Assembly: GCA_048128005.1 (NCBI GenBank)
Contig: JBEUKZ010000093.1
Coordinates: forward strand, 1 to 64,000
Origin: Veleropilina oligotropha
Taxonomy: Eukaryota
Direction: 5' to 3'
Length of the DNA stretch: 64,000 nucleotides
Shown: piece after piece, positions 46,701 to 61,700 of the stretch
Layout of the letters: each line of letters begins with the position of its first letter
Numbering within the stretch: position 1 is the first letter of the stretch
Notes under the pieces: generated by a model
Databases searched by the model: none
Seen by the model: only the letters and a program-made list of their open reading frames with translations
What the model was told of the DNA's origin: nothing
Position numbers and translations under genes: made by a program

Positions 46701-49700
46701 AAGATATGCAGAAAGTCGCTGACAGACCGCCTTTTCAACTATCTTTGAAATGAAAGACAAGGTAGATACCGGTCTGTAGTTTTTCAGATCATCGTAGTTT
46801 AGGGTGGACTTCTTTAGCAGGGGTTTCACAATTGCATTCTTCATTCTTTTAGGCATGATATCTGAATCAAGACTCGAATTCACAATGGTAGTGATAATGG
46901 GAAGGAAAATGTCTATGTGATCATATACCAACTTTGTTGGGATAGGATCCAGCTCACAGCATGTAGGCGTTGCTTTCCGCAGAATATCAAGAACGTCACT
47001 CTCTGACATAGGCTTAAACTGTGTAAGGCACTCGCCGTCGAACAGCTGGGAATCCTCATGATACGAAGGACCGTGCAACTGGTCGCGTATAATCGAGATC
47101 TTATCAGAAAAGTATTTGGCAAAAGCGTCTGCTATCTGGCTAGCATCACCAATGTTCGGGAGAGACACTTCCTTCTTCTTACCCATGAGTGAAAACATCA
47201 GTTTGAAGAGCTTTTTTGAATCCTGACCACACTCGTCGATTTTTTAGTTAAAGTGATTTATCTTGGCTGATCTGACGAGCGCTGCGACTTTATTCCGCGC
47301 GGAAACATAAATTTGGCGATGGATTTCGAGTTTTTCTTTCCTCCATATACGTTCAGCTTTCCTCCTTTCAACCTTCGCTTGTTTAATATCTTCTGAGTAG
47401 AGCCATGGTATATCTTTCCTTTGTGAAATAACATTCACGACCTCTGGAGCATGTTTATCAAGGAGGTTTTTCAGAACAGAGTCGTAAGATTCAGCGAACT
47501 CTTCGCATGTCAAGTTTGATTCTTTGCATAGGATAGAATCAGATAGATCATTGTCTGAAGGCTTGTGCGTTCATTCGCTTGATGTTTCGACACTTCACTG
47601 ATACCTTGGGTGCTGGAGATCTGGTTGTATCAATCGAGACTGTTATCAAATGATGATCAGAGAGCTGCATGTCAGAGACAGTAACGTTCTTGACACATTC
47701 CTCCTGTTTTCTGGTCACAACCCAGTCAATGATGTGACCGTTTCTGTGTGTTGGCGAGTCAACAGATTGAATTAGATCGTATGTTTGAAACGTGTTGATT
47801 TTTGACGAGTCATGATTCAAATGCCAATCATATTGAATATTAAAGTCGATGATGGTGGTGGTCGATACAGGGCAACAGTTCTAGTTGCTGTTTGGTGATG
47901 GGTTTACAGGAATTCCATATTTTCAAATGATCTGTATTCAGTGGCCTGTGGTTAAATCTTTATCATTAAGTAGCTCCTGTAAATGAATGCAATGCCACCA
48001 CCTCAGGAAGTCGAGGATGGTGGACAAATGAATATCCTGGAGGTGTCATACTGGATATCTTTGCATCATATCCAGTTTGATGTAGCCAAGTTTCATCTAG
48101 AATCAGCACATCAAGATCCTTTTCAAGAATGGTATCGAAAATATTGTCACATTTATTCTGTGATGACTGCACATTCCAAACACCAATCGAGTGTGTAATC
48201 GGTGACTTTATGGAGTCACTGTGGATATTTACAATTTGTGACTTGCTGTTGAATTTGATGGGCTTTACATTGATTTGAAGAAAAATTGATAACATTTTGT
48301 TTCATATTTTGCCATTTTGTTACACCAGCAGGTTTTCCCCTTTTGGTCGGTGGCCGCGCCGCAATGCCCTCGCTTCTTACTAAACGCAGAACTTTCCAGT
48401 CAAGTGCTATTGGTTTTCCTTTACCCAAGTTCAACAACGTTTCCCGAGTATATCCCATAGTGATATACTTCAGGAAAAATGCCAGACAAAGATACGAAAC
48501 TACCGTTGTTAGTAAAAACATGAATGTTACCAATACCTGTCAGATGCACCACTGCAGACAGCGTCAATTCATAATAAATCGTAACCTTTACCCGATATAT
48601 ATTACCTTAATAACACATTGTGAAATGCAAAATAATTAATATATTATATATGAAATGTTGGTATTAACATAGGCAAATTAATCTCACCTTTTTTATTTTT
48701 CAATAGACAATATTCGTATGGGTAAGAGAGAGTTCCTTTGAAGACGGACGAAACTGTCATTGTCTCTAGGTTCAGTAACTTCATCTTATTGGAGGAATTA
48801 ATCACGATTGCTGTGGTGTCGTTCAGTAACTTCACCGATGACGGTGATTCGTTCTAGTATGAACAAGGAAAATATGACAACAACGCATCACTTACTACTA
48901 TACGACACCTGTAATAAATTATTTGCATGGTAAACAATATTAGTAGACTCTCACACTCAGAGCTTTGGGGGATTTATTATTGAAATAACTAAATGTTTAA
49001 CTATCGGAAATACCCTTTTATTTTATATGCGCAATAGGGATGAACGTTTGATACATCATTATGATAATCTTACTTTATAAATTAAAGTATTTTCTTTCAC
49101 AAATCCCGTCTTTATCAGTGATAATTATTACAACGTTTATGGTCAAAATAAGGATATATCAAGTATAGATGGACGTTTACTTCTCAGTTATCTCCCCTAA
49201 GATCATTCCATGACATGTTCAGTTCATATTATCGCGAACAAAAGAGAGGTCGCTAGGAAAACCTTCCCGCATCGGATAGGTATTGGCAACAGTGACTAAT
49301 TAACCGCAAAGTACTCAGTGGGTTAGTGTACCCAAATGATGTAGCATTACTCAGCTACGCACATATCCTCTCGCTCACTGATTATGTATAGAAAACCTGG
49401 TGTGTAAAAATAAATTTAGAAGAACGAAAGGATCGAGAAAGTACCAATGCGCAAGAGGATGAGAGTATATGTTGTATCATGTGGTCCTATTCATTGAAAC
49501 TATTGAATGTTTGCCATTAGCCTACAAAAGAAAACGTTCAGAAATTAATAGCATCAAAGAACACGATTAGTTACTAAGAAACGAAAGGAAAGATAAAAAC
49601 ATCGATGCTTAATATCCTATATATTTCCAACCATTAGGTTAAAAAAAGGACATGTCAATAGTATCTCGGGAGGAAACCCGGCCGTATGTGGAAATCCGAA

Positions 49701-52700
49701 CCTCTCCGAACAATTACGGACAACTGCGAGTCATGACTTCAACAAATAATGCCATGTTCCAACTGTTCGTGGAAGCGGAATCAGGACAGTGATTTTTGTG
49801 GTCTGCAACCGAAACCACGTGACTGTCGGAGCGGTCGCAGTTGCTACGACAATGTCTTAAATAAACGGATGGATGGTGCCACGCGGACCAACATAATCAG
49901 ATCTTATGCAGATACCAATCGATTAGAAATATAAATTGGAAAGCATCAAGCACAAATACAACGTACTATTTCGGCGATTCGAACATCCTTCTTCTGTATG
50001 ATATCGTATACACAGAGTTTCGCACCAGATTCGTAAACAATATACAGCACATAACGAGTGTTTTCCATCGCGCATAGGTTTCTAAAAGGAAGGATCGATG
50101 CTTAATATCCTGGATATTCCCACCATCATTAGGCTCAAAGATGGATGTGTCCATATTATCGATGGAGGCTCCATTTTCTGATATTAGGAAATACATTTAA
50201 TTTCCTGATAGCAATAATTCGATAATTTGATATCAATAATTCCAATGTCTATTATCATTTCTTCAGATAAATAAATCGATTTCTTGTATTCAAGAATTCA
50301 GTTCCTTCATATAAAAAAAATATAGTATTTTAATTTGACAAGTTGAAAATAAATGCTACCCTATTCACTGTGTGTTGGCAAGAATGGTAATCGGCTTGAC
50401 GACATATGTAAGATTAATGCACAGCGATATGGATTAGTAATCGGCTTGACGACATATGTAAGATTAATGCACATTATCGGCAAGAGTGGTAATCGGCTTG
50501 ACGACATATGTAAGATTAATGCACATTATCGGCAAGAATGGTAATCGGCTTGACGACATATGTAAGATTAATGCACAGCGATATAGATTAGTAATCGGCT
50601 TGACGACATATGCAAGATTAATGCACAGCGATATAGATTAGTAATCGGCTTGACGACATATGTAAGATTAATGCACAGCGATATAGATATCGGCTTGACG
50701 ACATATGTAAGATTAATGCACAGCGATATAGATTAGTAATCGGCTTGACGACATATGTAAGATTAATGCACAGCGATATAGATTAATGCACATTATCGGC
50801 AAGAGTGGTAATCGGCTTGACGACATATGTCAGATTAATGCACAGATATAGATTATGGAGTAATAGGATGAATTGTGTATAAATTTATCCACGCATGTCG
50901 TCGTGATCGTCGGCCAATTTTAAAGAATTATTTGTTGCGGGGCTACAATGGGGATGCGCCATGTAAGTTATAATATGATATCGTTATTCTTGACATCCTA
51001 AAGATGAATTGTTGATGAATTCGATTTCTTGATATCAATAATTCATTTCTTTATTTGAATAAATCGAATTCATTACCTGTTATCGAGAATTAGTCGATTC
51101 TTGATGACAAGAATTCGTCTGCTGATACCAATAATTTTCTTCTTGATATCATGTCTTCGTTTATTGATATCAAGATTTCTTTTTTGTATCAAGAATTATT
51201 TCTTTGTGTCAAGAATTATTTCTTTGTGTCAAGAATTATTTGTTTGTATCAAGAATTCGTTTTATGATATCAAGAATTCGTTTTATGATATTAAGAATTC
51301 GTTTCTTGATATGAAAGATTCATTTCTTTATACCAAAGTATTTTTTGCAGCGGTGCTACGGTGGGGATAAGCCCCTTAGTCTAAAATGTGAATTCGTATT
51401 TCTTAATATCACAAAGTTGATTGATTGATATCATTAGTGTAAATAAAATTGAGGATTTTAGAAAATCAAGCAATTACGACGACTTTAGTTTCGCAGAAAT
51501 AACCAGTGAAACTGTTAGTAAAGTTATTGATACTCTTGACAAGTCAAAAGCAACTGGCCGCGATGAGATTCCTCCTAAAGTTATCAAAATTGCTAATCAA
51601 GCCATTAGTGAGCCGATTTCAAACATCTTTAACACATGTGTAAAAACTTCACGATTCCCGACTATATGTAAAGAGGCTCAGATCAAACCACTTTTCAAAA
51701 AAGAAGATTGCCAAATCAAAACTAACTATAGACCCGTGAGTATTCTCACCACTGTTTCCAAAATCTTCGAAAAGATAATTGACAACCAAATGAAACCCTT
51801 CATCAATAAAATATTATCTGAAATAATCTCTGCTTTCAGACCTGGCTACAATTGCCAACACGTATTACTAAATCTCATTGAGAAATGGCGTACTTATCTA
51901 GACAACCAAGAAGTCGTGGGTGCAGTTTTAACAGATCTAAGCAAAGCCTTCGACTGTCTCCCACATCACTTGTTGGTATCAAAATTATATAGTTATGGAG
52001 TAAACTTACAGTCCACGACATTATTGGCAGATTATTTAAAAAACCGTAAACAACAAGTCAAACTTGGCGGTGTATGCAGCTCGTGGATGGGAGTATTGAA
52101 GGGGGTGCCACAGGGCTCAGTACTTGGGCCTGTGCTCTTTAATATTTTCATAAATGATCTTGCATTTTTCATCAAGGAAGACGCATTAATAAATTATGCA
52201 GACGATAACACCATATGTGCTCATGCCAAAAATATTTCTGAACTACAAGATATCCTTACAGATGAAAGCAACAATATTATGGATTGGTTTAAAATCAACC
52301 ATATGAAGGCCAATCCATCCAAGTTTCAAATTATAACCATTGGTACAACCAAAACAAATGATTTCAAAATCTGTATTAAAGGCACAGAAATTGTAGAATG
52401 TGACTCAAGTGTAAAGCTAGTTGGAGTACACATAGATAAGCTACTTGATTTCAACAAACATATAACTGAAATTTGTATCAAAGCAGGCAGACAATTAAAT
52501 GTCCTAAAGCGTCTGTCATCTAAATTAAATATAGAAAGTAGATTATGTATTTTCAGGTGCTTTGTGCTTAGTCACTTTAACTACTGCCCTATAATATGGC
52601 ATTTTTGTAGCCGAGCAAACACTCTTAAACTTGAGAAGCTTCAAGAGAGAGGCTTGCGCTTTGTTTATAGTGACTATGCATCGACATACGACGAATTACT

Positions 52701-55700
52701 ACTTAAATCTGGTCTCCCAACATTAGAATTAGGCAGGCTAAGAACCATAGCCCTTGAAGTTTATAAAGCGGTGAATGGATTCGACCCAACATACATCTGC
52801 AATCTTTTCCAAAATCGTAAATCGGACCACAATCTTAGAGACCCACATAACCTGCACATCCCAAGACCAAACACCACTAAGTATGGTAAACAAAGTTTTA
52901 AATATTTTGGCTCCCATATTTGGAATAATTTACCCATAGCAATCAAAAATAGTCCGGATGTGCACAGTTTTAAAAAAATCATAAAAACATGGGCTGGCCC
53001 ATCGTGCAAATGCAATTACTGTCGATAATGCTTTTAAATTAATGACAATGTTATCATTGTTTTTCATCGGAGCTACCGTGTATTCTAGATACAAACATAA
53101 TTTGCAATACTGTATTATTTTAAATACTCAACTTAAGGTTTATGATAATTAAGTAAACTGTGATATTTTAAGTGATATTTTAAATTTATTGTCAACACTT
53201 ACATAGAGCTTTATATATTTTATAAGATTATATGTATTATATGTATATTATATGTATATATACTATTTTATACTATTCTATTTTGTTTATTATGTATTAT
53301 GTATTTTCATGTGTAATGTTTTAAGTAGGTCGTTAAATAGCCCTAGTAGGCTAATGTTTTATTATTCTCAAATACGACTTTAAATAAATCTTATCTTATC
53401 TTATCTTATCTTATTACTTTAATTCCTTGATATCATGAACTTGATTTCGTGATATCAATAGTTCATTTGTTATTATCAATAAATCGAATTCTTACCAGGA
53501 AAATTTCCTTGTTATCAAGAAAAATTTCTTGACATTGATCATTCGATTCTTGATAACAAGAATTCGTTTCTTGATATTAGGAATTCTGTTATGATATCAA
53601 TAATTTGTTTCTTGATATCAAGGTTTCATTTATTAACATCCAAGTATATTTTGCTGCAGAGCTACGGACAAGCCACTTAATCTAAAATATGAACTCGTGT
53701 TCCTTAATATCATAAAGTTGAATAATTGATATTATATGAACTTGTGAACTTGATATCAATAATTCATTTATTGCTATTAATAAATCGTTTTCTGAATATA
53801 AAGATTTCATATCCTGATAACAAAAATTCGTTTCTTGATATCAAGAATTCGTATTTTTATATCAAGAATTCGCTTCGTGAATATCAATAATTCGTTTCTT
53901 GATATCAAGAATTCGTTTCTTGATATCAAGAAATCAAGAATTCGTTTCTTGAAATCCAGAATTCGTTTCTTGATATGAAGAATTCGTTCTTGATATCAAG
54001 AATTCATTTCTTGATATGAGGAGGAATGATGCTTAATGTCCTGTATATTTACAACATCGAGGTTCAAGACAGGACATGTCCGTGTTATCGCGGGAGGAAA
54101 CCCCGGGCGCCCGGGTAAACCCGCCCTCTTCGGCCAGTCACGGACAACTGTGATTCATAACTTGAACAAATTTCAATGCCTCAGCCAGGTATTGACCCCA
54201 CTACTGTTCGCATTAGCAGAATCAAGCCAGTGAATTTAGATTGGACACTCTACCCACTGCGCTGCCGAAGCGGCCTTCTTGATATGAAGAATTCGTTCTT
54301 GATATCAAGAATTCATTATTTCGTTATTCGTTTCTTGATATGAAGAATTCGTTTTTTCATATAAAAAGTTCATTTCTTGATATCAAAATTCATTTCTTGA
54401 TATCAAAAATTCATTTCTTGATATCAAAAATTCATTTCTTGATATCAAAAATTCATTTATTGATATCAAAAATTCATTTCTTGATATCAAAAATTCATTT
54501 CTTGATATCAAAACATTCATTTCTTGATATCAAACATTCATTTCTTGATATCAAAAATTCATTTATTGATATCAAAAATTCATTTCTTGATATCAAAAAT
54601 TCATTTCTTGATATCAAACATTCATTTCTTGATATCAAACATTCATTTCTTGATATCAAACATTCATTTCTTGATATCAAAAATTCATTTCTTGGCATTC
54701 ATTGTGTGATATCAAGAATCCATATACAATTTATGAATGAATACGTATCCATGAATGTTTTATGTGCACATGCAAAATTAAAATCTCTCTCTTTCTCATT
54801 ATTTACGCAATAGTTCTAGTGTCGGTTTCATCCTCATCCTCATCATCATCATGGGCGTCTTTTTCACCCTCCCCAGAATCGTCATCTTTAGTGTCAACGT
54901 CACTTTCTATTTCTGGTTTCTTCTTCTTTATCACTTTCTTCACTTTCGTCGGCTCCCGAGTGAGATCCCATATTCGAATGTGTCCCTCATAACTGCCGGT
55001 AACCATCGATTTCATGTCTATAGATGCAACAGTGCAGATATCCGCGGAACCATCGATGAGATTCGTTGATTTATCATCGTCGATATCAAAGGATATAATT
55101 CTATCTGATGCGGTGAAGAATACATGGCGGCCATCTTGTGTGATTTGGAGATTTTGTACGTAATAACCGCCTTTGACTGAAACGAAATGTAAACCACATC
55201 TGAACATAGGTAACCAATTTCAGAAATTCTGTAATCATTTTGTAAGCGACATGACTAATTTACAGGTTGATGACATGATGTTCATGTCAACGAAATGGAA
55301 ACAATATGCACAAAATGAGCGAAGCGGCCATCATGGAGGGCGTGACGACGAATGATACGAAGGCCTTGACTAACTGAAAAGTAAACCGTAACCGAAACAA
55401 TGCAATTCCGCCAGTTTACATTTAAACAATATTTTATTGACGTAATGTGAACCGGATCGAAGAGTATAATCCATTTCCGTAAATCATTATAAAATATAGC
55501 ATGCATAAAAACATACAAGGACAGATGGAAACGTTAGCGGTTCGGTGCGGTTGTAGGCCTACTTGTCATAACCAAATATTTTTATAGCATTTATGGATGA
55601 CATGACATGGGTGGCATTGTAATATCACATTTATGAAAAGAGTTAAATTAATTTTAAAAAAAGTTTCATAAATGTGATATTACTTACATTTAATAGTACA

Positions 55701-58700
55701 CTTTAGCCTCATAACAGGACAAGTCTTTATTATCGCGGGAAGAAAGCTCTACTGCTCTGGAAAACCAGCACCCACCGACCAGTTATCGACAACTGCGACT
55801 GTCAATGAACCAAAGCGCCCTGTCGAGGATTCGAACCCACTCCTGAAGCAGTCAGGCGAGTGAATTGGGAGTAGCGCTTATATCCATTCACAGTCCCCGA
55901 ATTAAAGAATAAAATAGCGAAATCGCCAGGCAAAAGCCCCACCCACTAATTGCCATATAACCGAGAGAAAGTTGTGAAACGAGAAAATGGCGCAAATTGT
56001 TAAGCAGTCGCAATTCGCGGTCACAACTTTATTATCGAATTTTGTGACGTATCGTCCAGGGACTGTGATCCATTACACTATTGGCGCAGCACATAAAGGT
56101 ATAAAGCATCATCGCCATGTAAATGTTACACTGACCTGGTATCACTTTTAACTCGTCCAGTGACAGAATATCGCAAATGTGCAGCAAGTCGTCACTGCCA
56201 AAAACAAAGACGCATTTGTCGTCGGGTTTTACGACCACTGAACTTATCGAAATTACGTCATCGACATCGTCGTCATCGTCATCATTTTGTGGTGTGGCGG
56301 GCTCAGGGAAGAATCTCTTCTGATGGACGAATGTCTCTTTGTCCGTGTCGATGATTTGTAAATAAACAGCGTCATTATCGACCGCGGCTACATAGCGTCC
56401 GCAACCTGAAAGTTAAATGCAAAGTATTCAACTTTGAACCTGGTCTTTGGACATGTTTCAAGGCATTACCATTATTTTACTAGTTACCAAAATTCCAGAT
56501 AACAGACGTAAAGCTGAGCGCATGCTAAGCACCGCTGTGGGGCATCCGTTCCATTTTGATTTGAATTGCTACTTTTTTAACAACGAAATTTCAGAGGTGG
56601 ATTCGAATAGGTATTCGCGACTTCACGATTTCGTGTTTTGTTGTGGGCTTCTTTCGCTAGAGATTCTATATATACGTATGTTCGTGACCAATGAAAATCA
56701 CACTGCAGGACTATTTCTGCTCTTACATTCGGTTCAATCAGGATATTATAACGAAACGGGCAATAAATATCAGCCTCCTGAAATTATAGAGAGCTATTCA
56801 TGTATTATACCTGCAATATACCCTCCATAGCCATAGCTTGGCGGCTCCTCTGATATCTCACCAACTGGAGAGATCGGTGACATCTCTGACATCTCAGCAT
56901 CTGGGGAGGTCGGTGGCATCTCTGACATCTCAGCATCTGGGGAGGTCGGTGGTGATTCTGGCGGTGTTTCGTTAACTTTGTTGTTACCTTCTAATGAATA
57001 CAAATATAACATTTAATCCGATATTTTATTTTTTCCGAAAGTGAATGTACCACATCGCGAAAACTAAATAGACATTTTGAAACCATAACACAATTATCAC
57101 GTATAACTATTATGTAAGTTTGCAATACATCAAAGTCCCCTATTTGCATCTAAACACCCATATTATTATTATTATTATTATTATTACTAGCATTGGTACC
57201 CGTCTCCGCCGGGTAAGTCCCCCCACCCCAAATTTTTTTTTTTTTTTTTTTTTGGATAGTGCTCCCTTAAATAATTTTTTTTTTTCCCGAATTTTCCGAA
57301 TTTTTTTCGTGGTAAACCTAAGTTGGGGGACCCCGATTAACCCCCCAAAGTTTGAAGGTCCTAGGTCAAAGCGTCTGGGAGGAGTACAACTTGAAACACA
57401 CATACAATTATAGCTCCATTATATTAAGATATTACTATTGCAATTGCGCAGTGGGTAGAGTGTCCACTCTAAATTCACTGGCTTGATTCCGCTAATGCGA
57501 AGAGTAGTGGGTTCAATACCTGGCTGAGGCATTGAAATCTGTTCAAGTTATGAATCACAGTTGTCCATGACTGGCCGAAGAGGGCGGGTTTACCCGGGCG
57601 ACCGGGGTTTCCTCCCGCGATAACACGGACATGTCCTGCCTTGAACCTCGATGTTGTAAATATACAGGACATTAAGCATCATTCCTCCCTCCCACTATTG
57701 CAATTGCCAAGAGATTACAATTTTCCAAATTGAATGGTGTGTTGGATAATGTCATATTTAGGATCATACAACTACGCGTCCATGTCATCGGACAACACCA
57801 CGGTCCCTCTGATAAACTCGCTCCTCCTCGCCAGTTATGGATCATCACTGTGACCCAGAGTTCATCCATGTGAATCAACATAATCAGTATGAGTAAATTT
57901 GGTGCAACTCGACAATCGTGAAGGCCTAATTTGCCAAATACCAACAACGATGTCTGGCATTGTTCATTATAAACAAAGACTCTTCGTAAGTACAAAGTGA
58001 TTGCATAAATGATGGCATAACTATTATATAATTACTAATCATGAAATGCGTACTACTTGCATTGCTTGTGACTGTATTGTTAGTTATAAACTCCATTTAT
58101 CTGGTGCATGGTCATGTAATTTGGTTGCATCAAAGAGATGATCGTAACACAAGATGAAATAATCCAGTTCATTAAATCCAGTTCATGAAAGATCTCAATT
58201 TGTGGTGAGTTTATGTATAATTTTTCATTATCACATAACAAACTTGTTATCAAACGACATCACCAGTTTCATATTTTACATATGAATCATACGTGTAATA
58301 GCTATGCAAATGGGGGCGAGCATGATGCCATCTAATCGCATCTGGCGAGTATTTGATTAGATGGTTAATCACCCTAATTAACATATTGAATAATTTGTAC
58401 GCGTTGACTCGTCGTCTGCTGACAAAAGAAAGATGTGGAACTATTTTTTATTGACGTACGCATGCATTGTGGCGTGGCACGTACTGTCGAGGCGTGATGC
58501 GTCCGAGGAACGCTGTTTTATAACTGAAAGTACTGACAGAAATTAGTTTAAAACGTAAAGAAATGAGTTTAAAACGTGAAAAATTAAGATTAAAAGTCAT
58601 GTGATAATGAAGATCTGAAACTCGTTTCCGTTTCATATGAGAATTATGAAACTTGTCAGCAAATTTATGCACCTCGTCAAGGCTCGGTGCATAAATTGTG

Positions 58701-61700
58701 CCCGACTCGTTTCATAATTTTCATATGAAATCGAAACTCGTTTGAGATCCTCTATATATCGCATAGTAATAATATCAATATGATCGTTTCGACGTCATTG
58801 TGTCGACTAGGCCGTCCGGTGTTGGCTTTGAATCATCGTCTGTGAATTCGTTTAGTTAACAGTCACAGGTGCGTGTATTCGAAGTCGATAGAGCTTTCCT
58901 GTCGCGATAATATGGACATGTCCTGAACGGAGTGAAAATTGGATATTGAGAAACGATTCAAACTATTGCAACGCGTGATAGAATGTAAACGATAATATCT
59001 CGCATACCTTCATTATTTGGCGACGCTGATGTTTCTTCTTCATCTTCTTCATCCTTTTCCTCTATTGTAGGCTGTTCTTTAATAATGTTGTCTTCCAACG
59101 TTTTCACTAACGCCCCGTCTAAAGCGTCAAATATACACAACTTAGAATCATATATAACTGCTAACAGCTTGCCGAATCCACAGACTGCAAATTTTGTATT
59201 GGTCGGGTAGTTGTCTGAAGTCTTCTCATGGATGCAGTAAACCAGCTCGCCAGTGTCAAACTTGAATGCCTTTATGTCCGAGTCGATGCTGATTATTATG
59301 AGCGCGTCATCGTCTGCCCACTTGACGAGTGTGGGTTCGGAAGAATCCTCCTCTTCTCCCAAATCTATGGTCCGGATAAGGACGGCTTCTCCGACATCCC
59401 ATATTTTAGCCGTGAAATCGGATGATACTGAAACATAAAGAGGAATTATTGAAATGTTTATGAGTTTTATATTTACATCTTTAAAATATGTTTTGGCTCA
59501 AGAAATATTCTTATCATTACCTCGAACTGAATCCATGTGTTCATTTTTGAACAAGATATACAAGCCAGAAGGGTTTCCTAGATAGATTTCCTATCCATAC
59601 ATATGCTACCAATAAATATAAACTAAATTATGTATAAAATGGATGTAAACCGCCAAAAAGACTGCTTTTCGTTAGTATGAGAACTACTATGAGTGACTTC
59701 CAACCAATATTACATTTCAAGGGATGGAAATTGTCACTACCGTCGCCGATAAAATCCTCAAATAAATTATGTTCGCCAGATGGCGCTCAGACGCAAATCG
59801 CGCATGGTAACTTACTTGTGACGGCGTACATGCCGTCCGCTGTGAGACACATATCCTGTATCGTGTAGCTGTGTCCACTAAATGAATGGACCAATTGGCC
59901 TCCCGGTTGAATCAAGATGGATTTGTTCGGAAGCAGGAACGGAACGAATGACATGCGGCACTGGTCAAGTAAAGGCCGAATCGTCTGCAATTGGATAACA
60001 TTTTTATAAGGTGTCAAAGACTATTTTATATGGATGTCCGGTCATTACAAAGATAGAGACCTCTTGATCTAGGTCACCTAAAGCTCACGCTCATTCGCGG
60101 TTCGAGAAATATGACTGGAATAAATAGCCTGCCCGATGTTCCAAATTATTTAATAATAGCATATTGTTAATAAAGTAAACAACTAAATATTACGTTTAAG
60201 CTCACCTGAACCGAAGGTTGCACATGCCTAAAGCTATCACGCAATTCATATATCGCAGGTAGTCTCAAATGTACAGCTTGGATGCCACAATAGAATAAAT
60301 GTATAACAAACATGTCGTGCAGTACGATATAACACTGTTTGATCTAGATGTGAAGCTTGCAGAATGAGTCATCGGATTATATGCCCAATATTCACATTAC
60401 ATTGGAATCGCCTTCATTGACATCCATCCAAACACGGATCGTGATAAAAGTTGCCAAACGTCCGTGAACCTTTGTAGCAAGCCAAGATATGCACTGCCAA
60501 GACTATCCCGGGGGTTTATTGTACTGGGGGATGTTTTATACCATTGGTATGCCTATATTTTGGGCTAATCCAGTTTATGCACCGGGCAAGGCTCGCGCTT
60601 ACGTCAGTTCTTCTTCCGTCGAACTGTTGCCATACGCAACCTCGCGCAGATCAGTTCCCGCCTCCGCTCCGAACTCCCGCGACGATGCGATAGGATTGGA
60701 GAGATATAATCTGGGCTATACCTGGGAATAGTTTTGCGGCGGTCTATTTTGGCATATTACACCATAAAGGTCAACGCATGTTGCCACGTCCATCGTACGA
60801 GGGACAGGGTCTGAGGAGGGTTAGATGTGCAACAACGAATAATTACTTCGTGGGCTTAATTCGTCCAAGGAGTTGCGATGCCAGTTGATTTGGATCGTAG
60901 TCTAATGATTCCTTGGACAACCAGAGGGCCTCCGTGAGCGCGCGAAGATCCGGGTCCTTGGGAAACTGAAGACGAGCTCGCGACAAATCATCCAGGACCG
61001 ACCTAAAATCATGCAGAAGGAACTGTGAAAACCTGCATAATTTACACATACTGTGATATGTAATTAAAGATCAGATAGTGCAGCAAATAAAAGTTAAGGC
61101 TGTCGGTTAAATTTATATTACAGATTACATCACGAAAGACGTTGGAAGATATCAATTAAATCATTTTTAATGACGATGGTTATAATCATAAGCGCACATG
61201 CGCCTTTGGATAGACAGTAAAATTTTCGAAATCGCATCCCACTGTCATCTGGCCTGTTTTCTAGTAGGCTACCAATCGCTATCAACACTTGTCAGTAGAT
61301 TGTAATGTTAAATGTTTGCTTACCTCAGATTATTTGCTGATAATTTCGCCAACAAAAATTCAAAGTTGCACAGTGTTTGTGTCTTCAATTCCTCGAGAGC
61401 TTTTACCGTGGTCAGGTGGTACGGGAGGTTGTTCAGCTTACGTTGGTTATAGGCGGATCCAAATCGTAAGGGTTGTGAGGCCGCCTGCCTGTCGGCCGAC
61501 ACAGTCTTTCCCTCGGCATTCACATACGGCTTCAGATTTCCTTCAAAATATATGTTAGTAATGTCACATAATATTATTAATATCCTGTAATAATAGATAT
61601 ATATATATATATATATTTATTATCCTTACGACAATACAAAAGGCTATGACATAATATAATTATATAATGAAATCACGACACGAAAAGCAAGGATGAGACT

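Larger units (their letters stand above)
50975..54720. repeat. Degenerate ~21-bp satellite (TTCTTGATATCAAGAATTCRT) hosting LINE and SINE insertions
   Basis: Units at ~50975-51340, 53420-54020, 54276-54720. Confidence 0.85.
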
